Below are positions 1 through 12,566 of a DNA stretch of 64,000 bases, piece by piece; position 1 is the first letter of the stretch; the number at the start of each line of letters is the position of its first letter. This DNA comes from Eledone cirrhosa (lineage: Eukaryota), in assembly GCA_964016885.1 (NCBI GenBank), contig OZ024743.1, forward strand, positions 265,298,001 to 265,362,000, given 5' to 3'. A model generated the notes under the pieces. That model worked only from the letters and a program-made list of their open reading frames with translations. It was not told the DNA's origin and ran no database searches. Position numbers and translations under genes: made by a program.

Positions 1-135
1 TTTTCTAAACCAGAGCGACAGCGAGATAGTGATATAGATAGATCGATATAGATAAATATTTAGTGGTAGAGAGAGAGAGGTAGAGTATGACGGATACAGA
101 ATTATTTCATCCACTTTTCTTTCACTCTCCCTACA

Positions 136-233
<98 letters not shown>

Positions 234-326
234 TTTATATATATATATACATATATTTATATATATATATATATATGTATATATATTTATATATATATTT
301 ATATATATATTTACAAATATATATAT

Positions 327-378
<52 letters not shown>

Positions 379-801
379 GTAATTAATTCACCAGCTCTCT
401 TTCTCTTCCCCCCTCTAAATATGTATGTGTCTGTTTGTTCGTGCGTGTGTCCGTGTTTGTGAGTGTGTGTATTGAGCGTAAATGTGCATGATTATATTTA
501 TTTGATGTTATTCTTTCTAATAAGTGATGTGTGAATAAACAGAGGTGCAATAAAGTATTCACATGGTATCTTAAGAACATCATTTGACACTTAGCAGAGT
601 GTTTCGCCTCTCTTTCATATTACGCACACGTCATGCTCTCTCTCTGTGTTCCCCTATTTTCTCTCCCCTCTTCTTCTTCTTCTTCTTCTTCTTCTTCTTC
701 TTCTTCTTCTTCTCTCTCTCTCTCTCTCCATTTCTTTCTCTCTCTCTCTGTATGTATGCATATATTTATATATACACACGTATACTTGGATATATATATA
801 T

Positions 802-869
<68 letters not shown>

Positions 870-904
870 CAAGATAGAGAGAGAGGGGAGGGAGATAAAT
901 GACA

Positions 905-1075
905 TCTGCATGACTTGAACAGTTTCATTCTAATGGGTTCTTACAAATGAATGATTTCTAGTCCTGTAGAAGTAATTTAGATTCGATAGGTATACAATAA
1001 AGGCCTATACATTACCAACGTAATGAGTGCCTTTTTTAATGTTTCTCCCCTCCAAATCCGCATCGAGAATCCACC
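905..1075. mobile_element. Old degenerate copy of PLE-type hammerhead fold-back family A
   Basis: atctgcatgacttgaacagtttcattc...gaatgatttctagtcctgtagaag mirrors the family A palindrome at 54120-54243. It is followed by gtaatgagtgcctt, a variant of the tail motif. Confidence 0.5.
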
Positions 1076-1892
1076 TATAATTATATGAAGGAATAAAGTA
1101 ATATGTTCATGTAGAAGTTTCGATGTAGTTAACATTTCCAAAGTAATTATGTTTTATCTGTTAAAGAGCTGCCAAATCCAGCTCGGTAACGCACCCAAAA
1201 TGTGGCGGATACCTCTTGTGTTGAACTAATGATACAAGAAAGAATAATTACCATTGTTTTCCTCAATAACTGTATCATGAGATTACGGAAATAGTGCACC
1301 AGTGTACTAAGAATTGCCCCGACTTGGAAAGAAGTAGCATAACAAAAGGTCCTTTCTTAGACATAATATCCCGCTCCCATAAATTGCTTCCTAACAGAAA
1401 ACGCAAGCAATCATTAAACGAATTCTTAGGAAAACAAGCAATATGCGATGAGGGAGAACAGCTGAGCCCCTATTCTCAGATACAAGCTCTTCTGTTTAAT
1501 TCCTCAATTTGTATTTACAACTGAGTTAATGTACAGTAAGTCTGTGTAATAATGATTAAAGATTTTTATTCACTCTATTACACAATGTCATTATAACATT
1601 AGATCTTAATTAAATAAATGTTATTTTATAATTTTATCGTAACAGTGTGACACCTTGTTTGATATCAGGTTTTGTGAGGTTATATTATATTACATGATGT
1701 ATGGTACGACAGTGAATTTCTGGATTTCTCGATCGTTTGGCAATGTCTAATATTTTTGTCTCTATTTGTATTGCTGTTTAAGGTTCCTTAACAAGCTGGT
1801 TTCGCTATTTATGATACAGTTTTGTTAACTTATTAGCATTGTTCGGGGTAGCACAACTTTTCTAAGAACTTCTCTGAGGCCCTATATATAGA

Positions 1893-2140
1893 TAGTGGTT
1901 AATGCGTTGGAATCAGATTCGTGAGGTTTTGAGAACGAATCATGAACTGGAGCTGGGTTGTGTGATTGAATAAGACACTTATCTGAACTTTCTTCCGTTC
2001 ACTCCGGTTTAGAAATAAGTTGCAACATCACCGGTGCCAAGCTATCTTTGGCTTTCCCTTGGACAATATCACAGGCGTGGAGAAGGGAGATGGTATGTAT
2101 AGGCGACTGCTGTTCTTTCAGAAATTCACAACCCGAGCTT
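1893..2140 (+). mobile_element. tRNA-derived CORE-like SINE, diverged
   Basis: gtggttaatgcgttgg head and tgtgtgattgaataagacactt CORE-like block; body aligns with 43152-43442 (ttagaaat..gttgcaac.tcac.gg). Confidence 0.6.
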
Positions 2141-2513
2141 GTTGTTGTTATGTTTTTATATATATTCATATATATCTCATCAAAAGACGTGGCTGACAAG
2201 GTAACGATGCATCTGTTTGTAATAACTGTGCATTTTCCAGTGATATATTCATGCATATATATATAAACGCATATATAAACATTCTTATTATTTGTTTACT
2301 GTCTGTAGGCAGATGCCATATGGTGGTACCACCTTCACCTGTTCGAACATATCGACGACACTAATTATTTTTTTAAGCATATTTATTATATCCAGCTTTT
2401 GTGGATCCCTTAATTTACGCGGCATAAACACAAAGACATTTAGAGAGAGAAAACGAGAGAGAGAGACTTTGCATCTATTTATGGATCTCTCTATCTATCT
2501 AACAATCAATCAA

Positions 2514-2603
<90 letters not shown>

Positions 2604-2946
2604 CTCGGTCATATGGATGTTGGGGGATATATATATATATTATTCATTCACTCGGTCATATGTATGTTGGGGGATATATTTGAATGGATGTGTATCTACC
2701 ATATGCATACAATTGTTGTTTCAGGTAGAACATTTATTTCCTGAAAAGCATTCCAGCACCACCACCCACACACACGACTACCAAAATATTTAACGTCACA
2801 ATCCACAATATAAGCAAGACCACATCAGCTGTAACTAACACAATCACAACATTCGCTGTAACTGAGAACATCTGAAGCCCTACAAAATCGATACTAGTAG
2901 CAGTACATCTACTTCCAGCAATACCGTGTGTGAGAGAGTGACTATG

Positions 2947-3025
<79 letters not shown>

Positions 3026-3365
3026 ACTAGAAATTGATTGACATATATACATATCTAAAATAAACATGGAACAAACACAGGGAATAATTTGTAAAGAGTG
3101 TAAGCACACACAGCTAGATAGGTAACTAATTAAAGTTTAACTAGGACTAGAACACGGATTTTCAACAAGGGAGAAGATTTAACTATCTGTGTTTACACAA
3201 CAAATGCAAATCTGCGAATGACTAGTAATACGTGTTGCATTTTTTTTTAAATACACACATCGTACCAGCGTCATCCCAGTGGCGTGAATAGGATGATCGA
3301 CAAATAGAAATAGCAGCCGAGTCATTTCAACTGAGTTAGCTCTACAATTAAGGGGCCGTATATAT

Positions 3366-3518
3366 ATCCAAAATTAAATTAAGGGTGTCATTTCCGAGAG
3401 ACATGCACCATATCCACATATAAAATGCTCGGATCTATTCAGTGGAATCTATGAGCATATTCTACAGTGGATATGGCGCATGTCTCTCGGACATGACACC
3501 CTTAATTTAATTTTAGAT
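3366..3518. repeat. Imperfect inverted repeat, arms about 52 bp, between (TA)n runs
   Basis: aaaattaaattaagggtgtcatttccgagagacatgcaccatatccac pairs with gtggatatggcgcatgtctctcggacatgacacccttaatttaatttt. Confidence 0.9.
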
Positions 3519-4512
3519 ATATATATATATATATAGACACGCACACACACACACACATATATATATGTATGTGTATGCGCGTGTCTGTGTGTTGAAGAAG
3601 ATGTAAGCATTATTTCTATACATCCCTGGTTCTCCAGAGAGGAAGTGAGGAGGGGGATAAAATTAATGTTCGAAACCACATCAGAAGAGGCCGGATTGAT
3701 ATTATGGAATCAACACACTGCATAATCGTCAAATCAGGCGAAACTGGAACATTTCCGAAAGTGCTTTCAAAAACAGTTTGCAAACTTATTCTTCACTGCA
3801 TATACTCAGCCTGGAACACCAGATACAATCTGGCATATTTCAGTATATTGAGTGCTTACCTCAGAATACTTCGAAATCTACATGTTACAATACCCTAACT
3901 GGTCATCTACCTGCATATGATATAATATATAAATGAATGTATATATATATATATATGTGTGTGTTTGTACGTGGTGTAATATGGTTGAAACTATTTTATT
4001 TTGATGAATATTTATGATATATATATATATTTAAAAAAATAGAGGTGTGACACACGAGTTGTGATATATTAGTAAAAAGGAAAAGAAAATACTGACAAAT
4101 TTTTCCCAGTGAAAAATAGTTTAATTAGGAATAAGTATGAATTAGTAATAAGTATTAGTTAGTATTCAGTTTTAGTTTCAAGTTTTTACCGGTTGCGCAC
4201 TTCTTATGATTTTCAAAAATAATTTTGAGATTGAGTGCTCGTGATTTTTGCTCTAATCTGATCAGTTTTGGAAATTCTTCCTGTTTTATGTGAAAAAAGT
4301 GCCTTGGAAGATATTAAGATTTGGTTGGTTGTTGAATGTCACGTGGATAAGCATGATAATTTATATATATATATATATATATATATAAGGATAGAAAATC
4401 TCGAATGCAAGGATATAGCTGTAAACACACCTTAGACTTTGAGTTTCCCGAAAGAAGTTGTTTCAGGAAACTCCAAGTACTAAGGGAGGTATAGTTTGCT
4501 ATGTATTTTATA

Positions 4513-4700
4513 TAATTGTTTCTACTTTTTGGCACAAGGCCTGCAATTCACCAGTGCATTACTGGTACTTTATTTTATCGACCCCGTAAGGATGAAAAGC
4601 AAAGTTAACCTCGGCGAGATTTGAACTCAAAATGGCAAAGGTAGTAACTCTGTGCGTCAAAGCATGGCGTCCGACCCTCTAACGATACTGTTAATCCACC
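4513..4700 (-). mobile_element. tRNA-headed SINE family 1 copy
   Basis: Conserved block ctggtactttattttatcgaccccgtaaggatgaaa.gcaaagtt.acctcggcg.gatttgaactca, present in more than 10 copies in the window; B-box gagttcaaatc on the sense strand. Confidence 0.9.
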
Positions 4701-4839
4701 TATTATATAGTATAATTAGTTCTATGATTACACATTGGAGGATCTTTCTTTAATGATTACAACTACAAATTCAGGCTACACTACCAAACTTCCGAAACAC
4801 ATATATGTATATTTGTGTATATATACATATATATTTGTG

Positions 4840-4957
<118 letters not shown>

Positions 4958-4989
4958 AATATATATATATATATATACACAAATATACA

Positions 4990-5041
<52 letters not shown>

Positions 5042-5044
<3 letters not shown>

Positions 5045-5159
5045 AAAAGTATGATCCCGACAGCAGAGCTCAAGCCGTTTCGACGGGTATTTCTGGACAA
5101 TAGTCCAGAGATAGCCGTCGAAACGCCTTGAGCTGTGCCGTCGGAGTCATACTTTTTTC
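5042..5159. repeat. Palindrome (57-bp arms, 4-nt loop) containing the 3' half of a hammerhead ribozyme
   Basis: Arms 5042-5098 and 5103-5159. GAAA at 5120-5123, stem III acg(g)c/gccgt, GTC triplet at 5140-5142. CTGAnGA is absent. Confidence 0.8.
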
Positions 5160-5246
5160 CTTTTTCCTATTTCCCACTCTACTACCCTAAGTATTGAGTA
5201 CTCTGGTGCGTTATGGTCCATCTTGTTCCTTACCACAATTCCTTTG

Positions 5247-5285
<39 letters not shown>

Positions 5286-5399
5286 TATGTGTGTGTGTGG
5301 GTGGGTTGTGTATATATGAGTGTGTTTTGTGTGAATATGTATGCATGTGTGTGTGGGGGCGTGTATCTACTTATAGAGAGAGAGTGTGATAAATATATA

Positions 5400-5577
5400 T
5401 ATTGTTTCTACTTTAGTCACAAGGCCAGAAATTAACCAATGCATTACTGGTACTTTATTTTATCGACCCCGTAAGGATGAAAGGCAAAGTCAACCTCGGC
5501 GGGATTTGAACTCAGATTGTAAAAGGACGTAACTATGCTGGAAAGCATGGCGTCCGACCCTCTACAGATACTGCCAA
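5400..5577 (-). mobile_element. SINE family 1 copy
   Basis: Same conserved core and attgtttctacttt tail as the other copies. Confidence 0.9.
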
Positions 5578-5661
5578 ATAGATATTGATAGGAAAATAGA
5601 ACAAAAGAAAAACCTGGAAAGAACCAAATTGTAAGAGAGTGGTAAATACTTAGTGAGAGAT

Positions 5662-5753
<92 letters not shown>

Positions 5754-5780
5754 ATATATATGTATGTATATATATATACA

Positions 5781-5998
5781 TATCAATAATATTAATAAAT
5801 GGAAACTATACTTTATAAAACCATATTTATTTTATTATATATATTTCAAGGGTACCAACATTTTGGCACGCACTTACGAGATAAAATACAAAAGTCGTTT
5901 TACAGATAGTGACATATCCCAAAACAAGAACTTATCGTTTTAAGTTCTGTTTGAATACTTTTATATAGGTAGTTTCCATTTATTAATATTATTGATAT
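5781..5998. repeat. Inverted repeat, arms about 40 bp with about 140-bp spacer
   Basis: tatcaataatattaataaatggaaacta at 5781 pairs with tagtttccatttattaatattattgata at about 5970. Confidence 0.85.
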
Positions 5999-6095
5999 TA
6001 TACTGCACAAGAAATCCAGTAGAGTGCTTCGAACCTGTTATAAATAATTTTGTTGAATAACCAACAAATTAAATAACTCTTTGCTTATATATATA

Positions 6096-6248
<153 letters not shown>

Positions 6249-6351
6249 CAGGAAAACGAGAGTAAGCATTAGGAAAGGCTAGAAGGTGAACGAATAAAGA
6301 ATAAGAGATAGAGAGAGAGTATAGGAGGGTGATAGAAATGTAGAGACACAG

Positions 6352-6382
<31 letters not shown>

Positions 6383-6428
6383 GATGGGTATATATATATA
6401 TATGTATATATAATAGAAAGAGAGAGGG

Positions 6429-6488
<60 letters not shown>

Positions 6489-6850
6489 CGATAGATACAC
6501 AAACCGAAAGAAAGAGAGAGAGAAAGATATTGAGAGTTAGTTATCAGATGTTCCCCAGTTCTCTGTTAGAAAACATATCTTTGCAGCCATCTCCTATCCT
6601 CAGTTCAAAGACTTGTTTAAATGGTAAACACTCTGATGGCAAAGTCTGATAGACTGATGTAAACTGGCACTAGCAGACACAGTGCAGCTGTGATTACGTC
6701 ACCAGTTGGTTCAGGGTGGGGCAGATTGTAGTCACGTTTGCCAACTTAACAATACCTGACGTTATAATAATTTAAATAAACATAGCATACGCTTGCACGT
6801 TATACATTCTATGTTTATCTCTCCCCCTCTCCCTCTCTTTTTATCTCCAT

Positions 6851-6914
<64 letters not shown>

Positions 6915-6954
6915 TCTCTCTCTCCCTCTCTCTATCTCTCTCTCTATATATATG

Positions 6955-7048
6955 TCAGTCGATCAACTTTCGTCAAATCGGACCGAGGAAACAATGATTC
7001 CATTGGTCTTTCCAATTGTTAATACTATCTATCAGTCGCAACTCCAGG
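6955..7048 (-). mobile_element. 3' fragment of the SINE at 57838-58050
   Basis: gtcaaatcggaccgaggaaac..tg.ttccattggt.tttccaattg.taatactatctatc.gtcgcaa.tccagg is shared with 57840-57932. Confidence 0.75.
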
Positions 7049-7726
7049 AATATATATATATATATATATAAAATAAAACATATACATACATATATTTACA
7101 CATATATATATATACATATTTTACCCATACATATATAAATGTATGTATCTCCCCTTTCTTCCCGTTTGACCTGTCCGTAATCCTTTTCTCGCGGGCACTT
7201 GGCCAAGCCGGTATGAATTTTTTTCTCTCTCTCTCGTCTGCGACTTCACAGAACTTATGTTTACCGAATTCGCAGACCAGACCCCTTCTTTCTCCCGTTA
7301 GACCTGTGCGAAATTCCTTCCTTGCTCACATTTCAACCAGGTTTGATGGTCTTTATTCTCTCGTTCACGATTCCACCGAATTTATATTCATAGAAATCTG
7401 GGACTTGTTTCCTTCTTCATCACTTTCTGCTGCTTAAACCATTTTGTTTGTTTACCCTAGCGTCCCCTTTATTTACGTGTCCCAACGACTTTTTTTTAGC
7501 CGTTGCTCGCACCAACCTGAGGTATATGGCCTTTAATGCGACAAAATGCCTACGACGGTTGGATGGCCACTGATGAGGACAAACATTTTCATATGTAACC
7601 CATTTGCAGCGCCGCAGCTCCATTATTATCATATTTACACATATATAAATATATATATATATATACATATTTAGTGTATATAAATACACACACACACATA
7701 CCCCCCCCCCCCTCCACACACACATA

Positions 7727-7833
<107 letters not shown>

Positions 7834-8224
7834 AATACATGTGTTTGTGTGTGTGACATCGGCTGGAACACGTAATAGAATAACACACATACATGCTTAC
7901 ATGGTGGCTGCCAACTCGTTTTCGAGTACGGCCACTACTTTATATCCATGTAGGAGAACCCCTACCGATGCGCTGAACGAGTGTGACTTTTTAGTCCAGC
8001 CAGCGACTTGAAAACTCTGGTACAAACACTACACTTGTTACAATTATCGACACATAGTGCTTTGCCTTTGGTACCATGTGACGACAAGTGCAGAGAGATC
8101 TCCAGATATAAAGCAATGCCTGTGCCGTGAAGCTTTTATAGTGAGCAAAGGCACTGTACAAAGCCAGTCCCACTCTCTTAACCTAGATGATATTTACCAA
8201 AAAGAAGAACAAGTCAACATCATT

Positions 8225-8505
8225 GGATACCATCAGGGTTGCAGGTGTTATATCAGAGTTTTCCTTCTCCTAGAATTCTGCCTTGACAAAGGCTAAGGGA
8301 TCATCTCGCCCAGTGATTTTGGATGGCCATTGACTCTTAAGAGCTCGTTTGCCCTTTGACAGGTTTTGTTTTTAGTCCTGCAGGATGTCCAAAGTCACCC
8401 TCCTCACCAAGAAGCCTTGGTGGGGTTGCCAGTTTAGTCGCCAACGACCATGAGACAGGTTGTACTGGGATACATGTTACCAGTAGCACCAAGTGGTGAC
8501 CTGAC
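8225..8505 (-). mobile_element. Isolated structured 5' UTR-like segment of an RTE-type LINE or derived SINE
   Basis: Minus strand ends ...ctaggagaaggaaaactctga, which I recall from RTE 5' UTRs. Several hairpins are present (tactgg/ccagta, caccaag/cttggtg). No ORF follows. Confidence 0.4.
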
Positions 8506-9811
8506 ATACATACGTACATACATTCATACTTACATCCATACATATATATAAATATATTTATTCATATATATTGAAAGAGAAATATGAAAATTAATAATAA
8601 ACTCAAAACGAAATGAGAACATATTCGTATAGACAAACGTATTGTAAGTGCGTAAAATTTGAACCTTTTCCAGTTCTTCTCTTATATATACAAGTACCGA
8701 GATGTCATTACTTGACATTTGAATGACTACATTTTGCAAATTTTAATAAGGTTTCTTAAATCAACTCGACTGTTTCATATTTAAGTATAGGCATAACATC
8801 TTCCAATATACGTGAAATGTGTGGTTTGAAACCTGAGAGGTGTCCCTGTTTTTTTACTCTGGATGATTTCCAGCAATTGGGTTTAGATAAAATCCGAATT
8901 CTAATTTGTAATTTATCTAGTTAGAATAGAGAGATATTTCGTGTTTTGTCTGTTTGTGTTCTTTTTATCCTAAATATTTTATATTCGAAAGGTGGTACTC
9001 GAAGATCGTTGTTCTGTGTACTACACAATATCTTACATATTATTCTAATGATTTAAAAATCATCAAACAATTTAATGTCTTCGTGAATTTCAACTGATTT
9101 TTTTTAAACATTGAAATATTTAACCTCAAGTACTTTTAAATAGATTTCTATCTTCAGATTTAATAATCTTACTATTAAATCTTTATTTTGCTTGAGTATA
9201 CTTAAGTACTTTAAGCTATTTTGCTTTGGAATGAAATTAGTTAACACATCTCTTGCAATGTGATTTTAAACACATTCATTTTCATTATGTTTTATATTAT
9301 AATTTCAAATGCTTCATAAATGCTATTATGAAATTTGTTTTTCTTACTTCTTGTCCTTATTATTCAATAATTCTTGAAATTATTCATTTCTTTTTTATTT
9401 ACATATACACATATTTCAATTTTGTGAAAGAAAATATATTACTGTTCGGAGTATTATATCTTCAATAAGCATACGTCCTGGGATATTTTTTCTTTAAAGA
9501 AAGGAACACGAAAAGGACATTTTCATTCCAATTTCTAACGATGATATAATAATTACATATCAAATCGGAACCGCCATACGCCTATTTGACTTTCTGTATA
9601 GAAACAGTGAATTTTTAATTTGATACAGAACTAGAAGTATTGAATATTTCTAAAATCCGTCATTGTCTACAAGTACTAGAATGGTAAGGATTTCCATCGA
9701 AATGTTGACTTGTTTAATGTTTGCACATTATTTCGTACAGGGCATATTTGAAATCTTCAATTTTGTGAGCCCACGATACATATATTTGAATATGTTACCT
9801 TGTAGAGGAGA

Positions 9812-9960
9812 GGCGGCGAATTTAGAGAGTCCTTAGAACATCGGATAGAATGCTTTGCGGTATTCTTTCAGGCATTATGTACTCTAAGTTCAAATCCTGC
9901 CGAAATTAATTGTGTTTTTCATTATTTCGCAGTCGATAAAATAGTAATAGTCTAGTAATG
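9812..9960 (+). mobile_element. Diverged SINE family 1 relative
   Basis: ggcggcgaatt...aagttcaaatcctgccgaaattaattgtgtttttcat...gtcgataaaa. Confidence 0.65.
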
Positions 9961-11184
9961 AGCTTCATTGCTTTTCTATATCTTTTTCTCATTTCCTTTT
10001 TCTCAATCTCAGTCCTTCTCCGGAAGAAATCTGTTGTGTTCATATTTGGAGAGAGCATGAGCTCCACCATGTCTGAAAATGCCTAAGAAAAGCTGTAAGA
10101 CAACTTGGCACCCCTACGAATCCATCCATTGTTAGCGCTTAAAATGAGATGATTAGCAATAGAGTTAAGAGCATTGTTGTGTTTTAAGGGCTTGCTGTGA
10201 GAAGCCGAAATATCCCCTTGATTCTACCCTTGATGCTATTGTTTATTCAATGAGAGCTCTGAGTGAGTAAACCTATAACAAAATGTATTCCTACCATGAC
10301 TATTCAGTATTTATTTAAAATAGTGCATCTATTGCTACATTATCCAACGTGCTCTTCCATTTTTAATCTGCGGTGTATGATCTGAGAGAGATTTGATTAC
10401 TATTTCCAACAAGGTGAGGTATGTTGCAAAAGCTGCCATCATGTATCTTTGAGTGTGTTATGTGAAACGGTGAAGCACGCATACCAGATTCGTAATGTAA
10501 AGCGATCCTAATACAAAGAAGGTCACCTACTTCAAAAGGTATACCCTTGGAAAATAAAACTTTAGCTAAACTATATATCTAAATGTTGCATGTCTTTGAG
10601 AAAGTAACAAATGGCTATTTTGTTCAGAATTTGGAAGCTCGGCGTTCATTCCATTCTCTTTCTCTGATGTATTGATAGCTTTAAAAAATGAAAATGACTT
10701 CAATTGGGGGTGAACATCCCCCTAGCCTCAAAAACACACAAAAAATCCTCGAACTGGTGACTTGCCTAGGGATTTCGTTTTGCTCATCGACGCTTTACCA
10801 CAACAGTTAGAAATATTTCCGCGTTGTAAAAGAAATTTCGATCTTTATTTTCTTTTAATATATTTCTAAAAATGATGTTATTGATTCGGTTTCTAATTAT
10901 GTTTCGCTCTCTAGGTTTGGTCACGGACCATTTTACATTTTCATCATTTTCTGTTCAACGAAGGCAATCTGTTGCAGTTTTGTGTCAGGTCAGAACTATC
11001 GATAGGGTTCACCACTCTCCAATAACAACAGTTTCGATTTCTATTGTATTCTACTTCTATTAATTTCAATTGTAATAAGAGTAGATCAACTAAAATTGTA
11101 GAAACCGTAATTTTCATATTGCACACGCTATATCGAGAAAAAACTCCTACATTTATTGCCAGCATAAGAACAATTTACTTAAAA

Positions 11185-11420
11185 TCGGAAAGTCAGCAGC
11201 CCGTCTGAGGAAGGAGGTGGCGTGGCTGTTGCAGCGGGTGTCACTGGACATTGCCCGCAGGCATGCCTTCAAAATTTGTCCCCGAGGCGCAGCCGAAACA
11301 CCGCCCCGATATAAGCGTAGAGTCAGTCACCCTCTCCCATTTCCCTTTCGTTGCCTTTCCTATGCAGCCAGATCTTCCCTTTTTTACACCTCCCACTTAT
11401 TTTATTATCCCCTTACTTAG
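11185..11420 (+). mobile_element. Extreme 3' fragment of a CRE-type non-LTR retrotransposon
   Basis: EVAWLLQRVSLDIARRHAFKI aligns with ELEWHIQRVSLAVRRGNAFSI at the C-terminus of the element at 20015-22680; local GC-rich island. Confidence 0.6.
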
Positions 11421-12045
11421 GCAGAGAACTATTTAATGTACATTGTGACATACATATGGTAAGACCTTACGCACTTATAGGCAAAGTTTGGACAACTTCT
11501 GGCTTTCTTCAAGTGAGTACATTTATTAATTGTTCTTCTATATGTATGTACTTAATACTGGCTGTCTCTCAACTAGATATATGTATATATATTATGCTCT
11601 GAGCTTAATGTTCATCGAGCTTTTCTTGTTGAGTAACTTAATCAATAAACATTTTGTATGCATGGATTGAACATAACCAGTCATGTTATATATGCCTTCT
11701 GGCAGATATTGGTTTTATTCGATCGTCTTCCTTAGGCTGTAGATTAGTTATTGTACAGAGTTGTATATAGTAAGAGTAAGACCTTAAGCACTAACTCATA
11801 AATGACGTTCTCTGGTCTTGATGATGCTTGTTACTAAAATTGATGATTGGTGATTGAGCCCAAACTTTAGATCGATTATAGGCATCATATTCTGGAATTT
11901 ACTATGAAACTGAACTTTAGACAATTTTGGCTTCTTTCTTTCTATGAGTGAGCACATTTATTATTATTATTATATGTATGCACTTGATATTAGTTGTTTC
12001 TCAATTAGATATATGGAAGACACTTTTCCGTATATCGTTTATATT

Positions 12046-12238
<193 letters not shown>

Positions 12239-12321
12239 GGAGGTGAGTTTTATTGTAGTACAATAAAGCAATGCAGATATCGGATAAGAAGCACTCTACA
12301 GTTTGTAGGACTGGAGTATGC

Positions 12322-12434
12322 ATAATATAAGATCAAAAGATGGTTAAAGGAGTTCCATGTATTTTATTATGCGCATTTAAAAAACAAATGCGCATAATAA
12401 AATACATGGAACTCCTTTAACCATCTTTTGATCT

Positions 12435-12442
<8 letters not shown>
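12322..12442. repeat. Perfect palindrome, 57-bp arms, 7-nt loop, abutting (TA)n
   Basis: 12322-12378 is the exact reverse complement of 12386-12442. Confidence 0.97.
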
Positions 12443-12527
<85 letters not shown>

Positions 12528-12534
12528 ATATATC

Positions 12535-12566
<32 letters not shown>

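Noticed and set aside
4430-4486. Imperfect short hairpin near (TA)n
   Set aside because: Probably an old member of the fold-back class, but too degenerate to assign.
7565-7600. ccactgatgagg hammerhead-like start
   Set aside because: No stem II partner or GAAA follows; at most a deleted relic.
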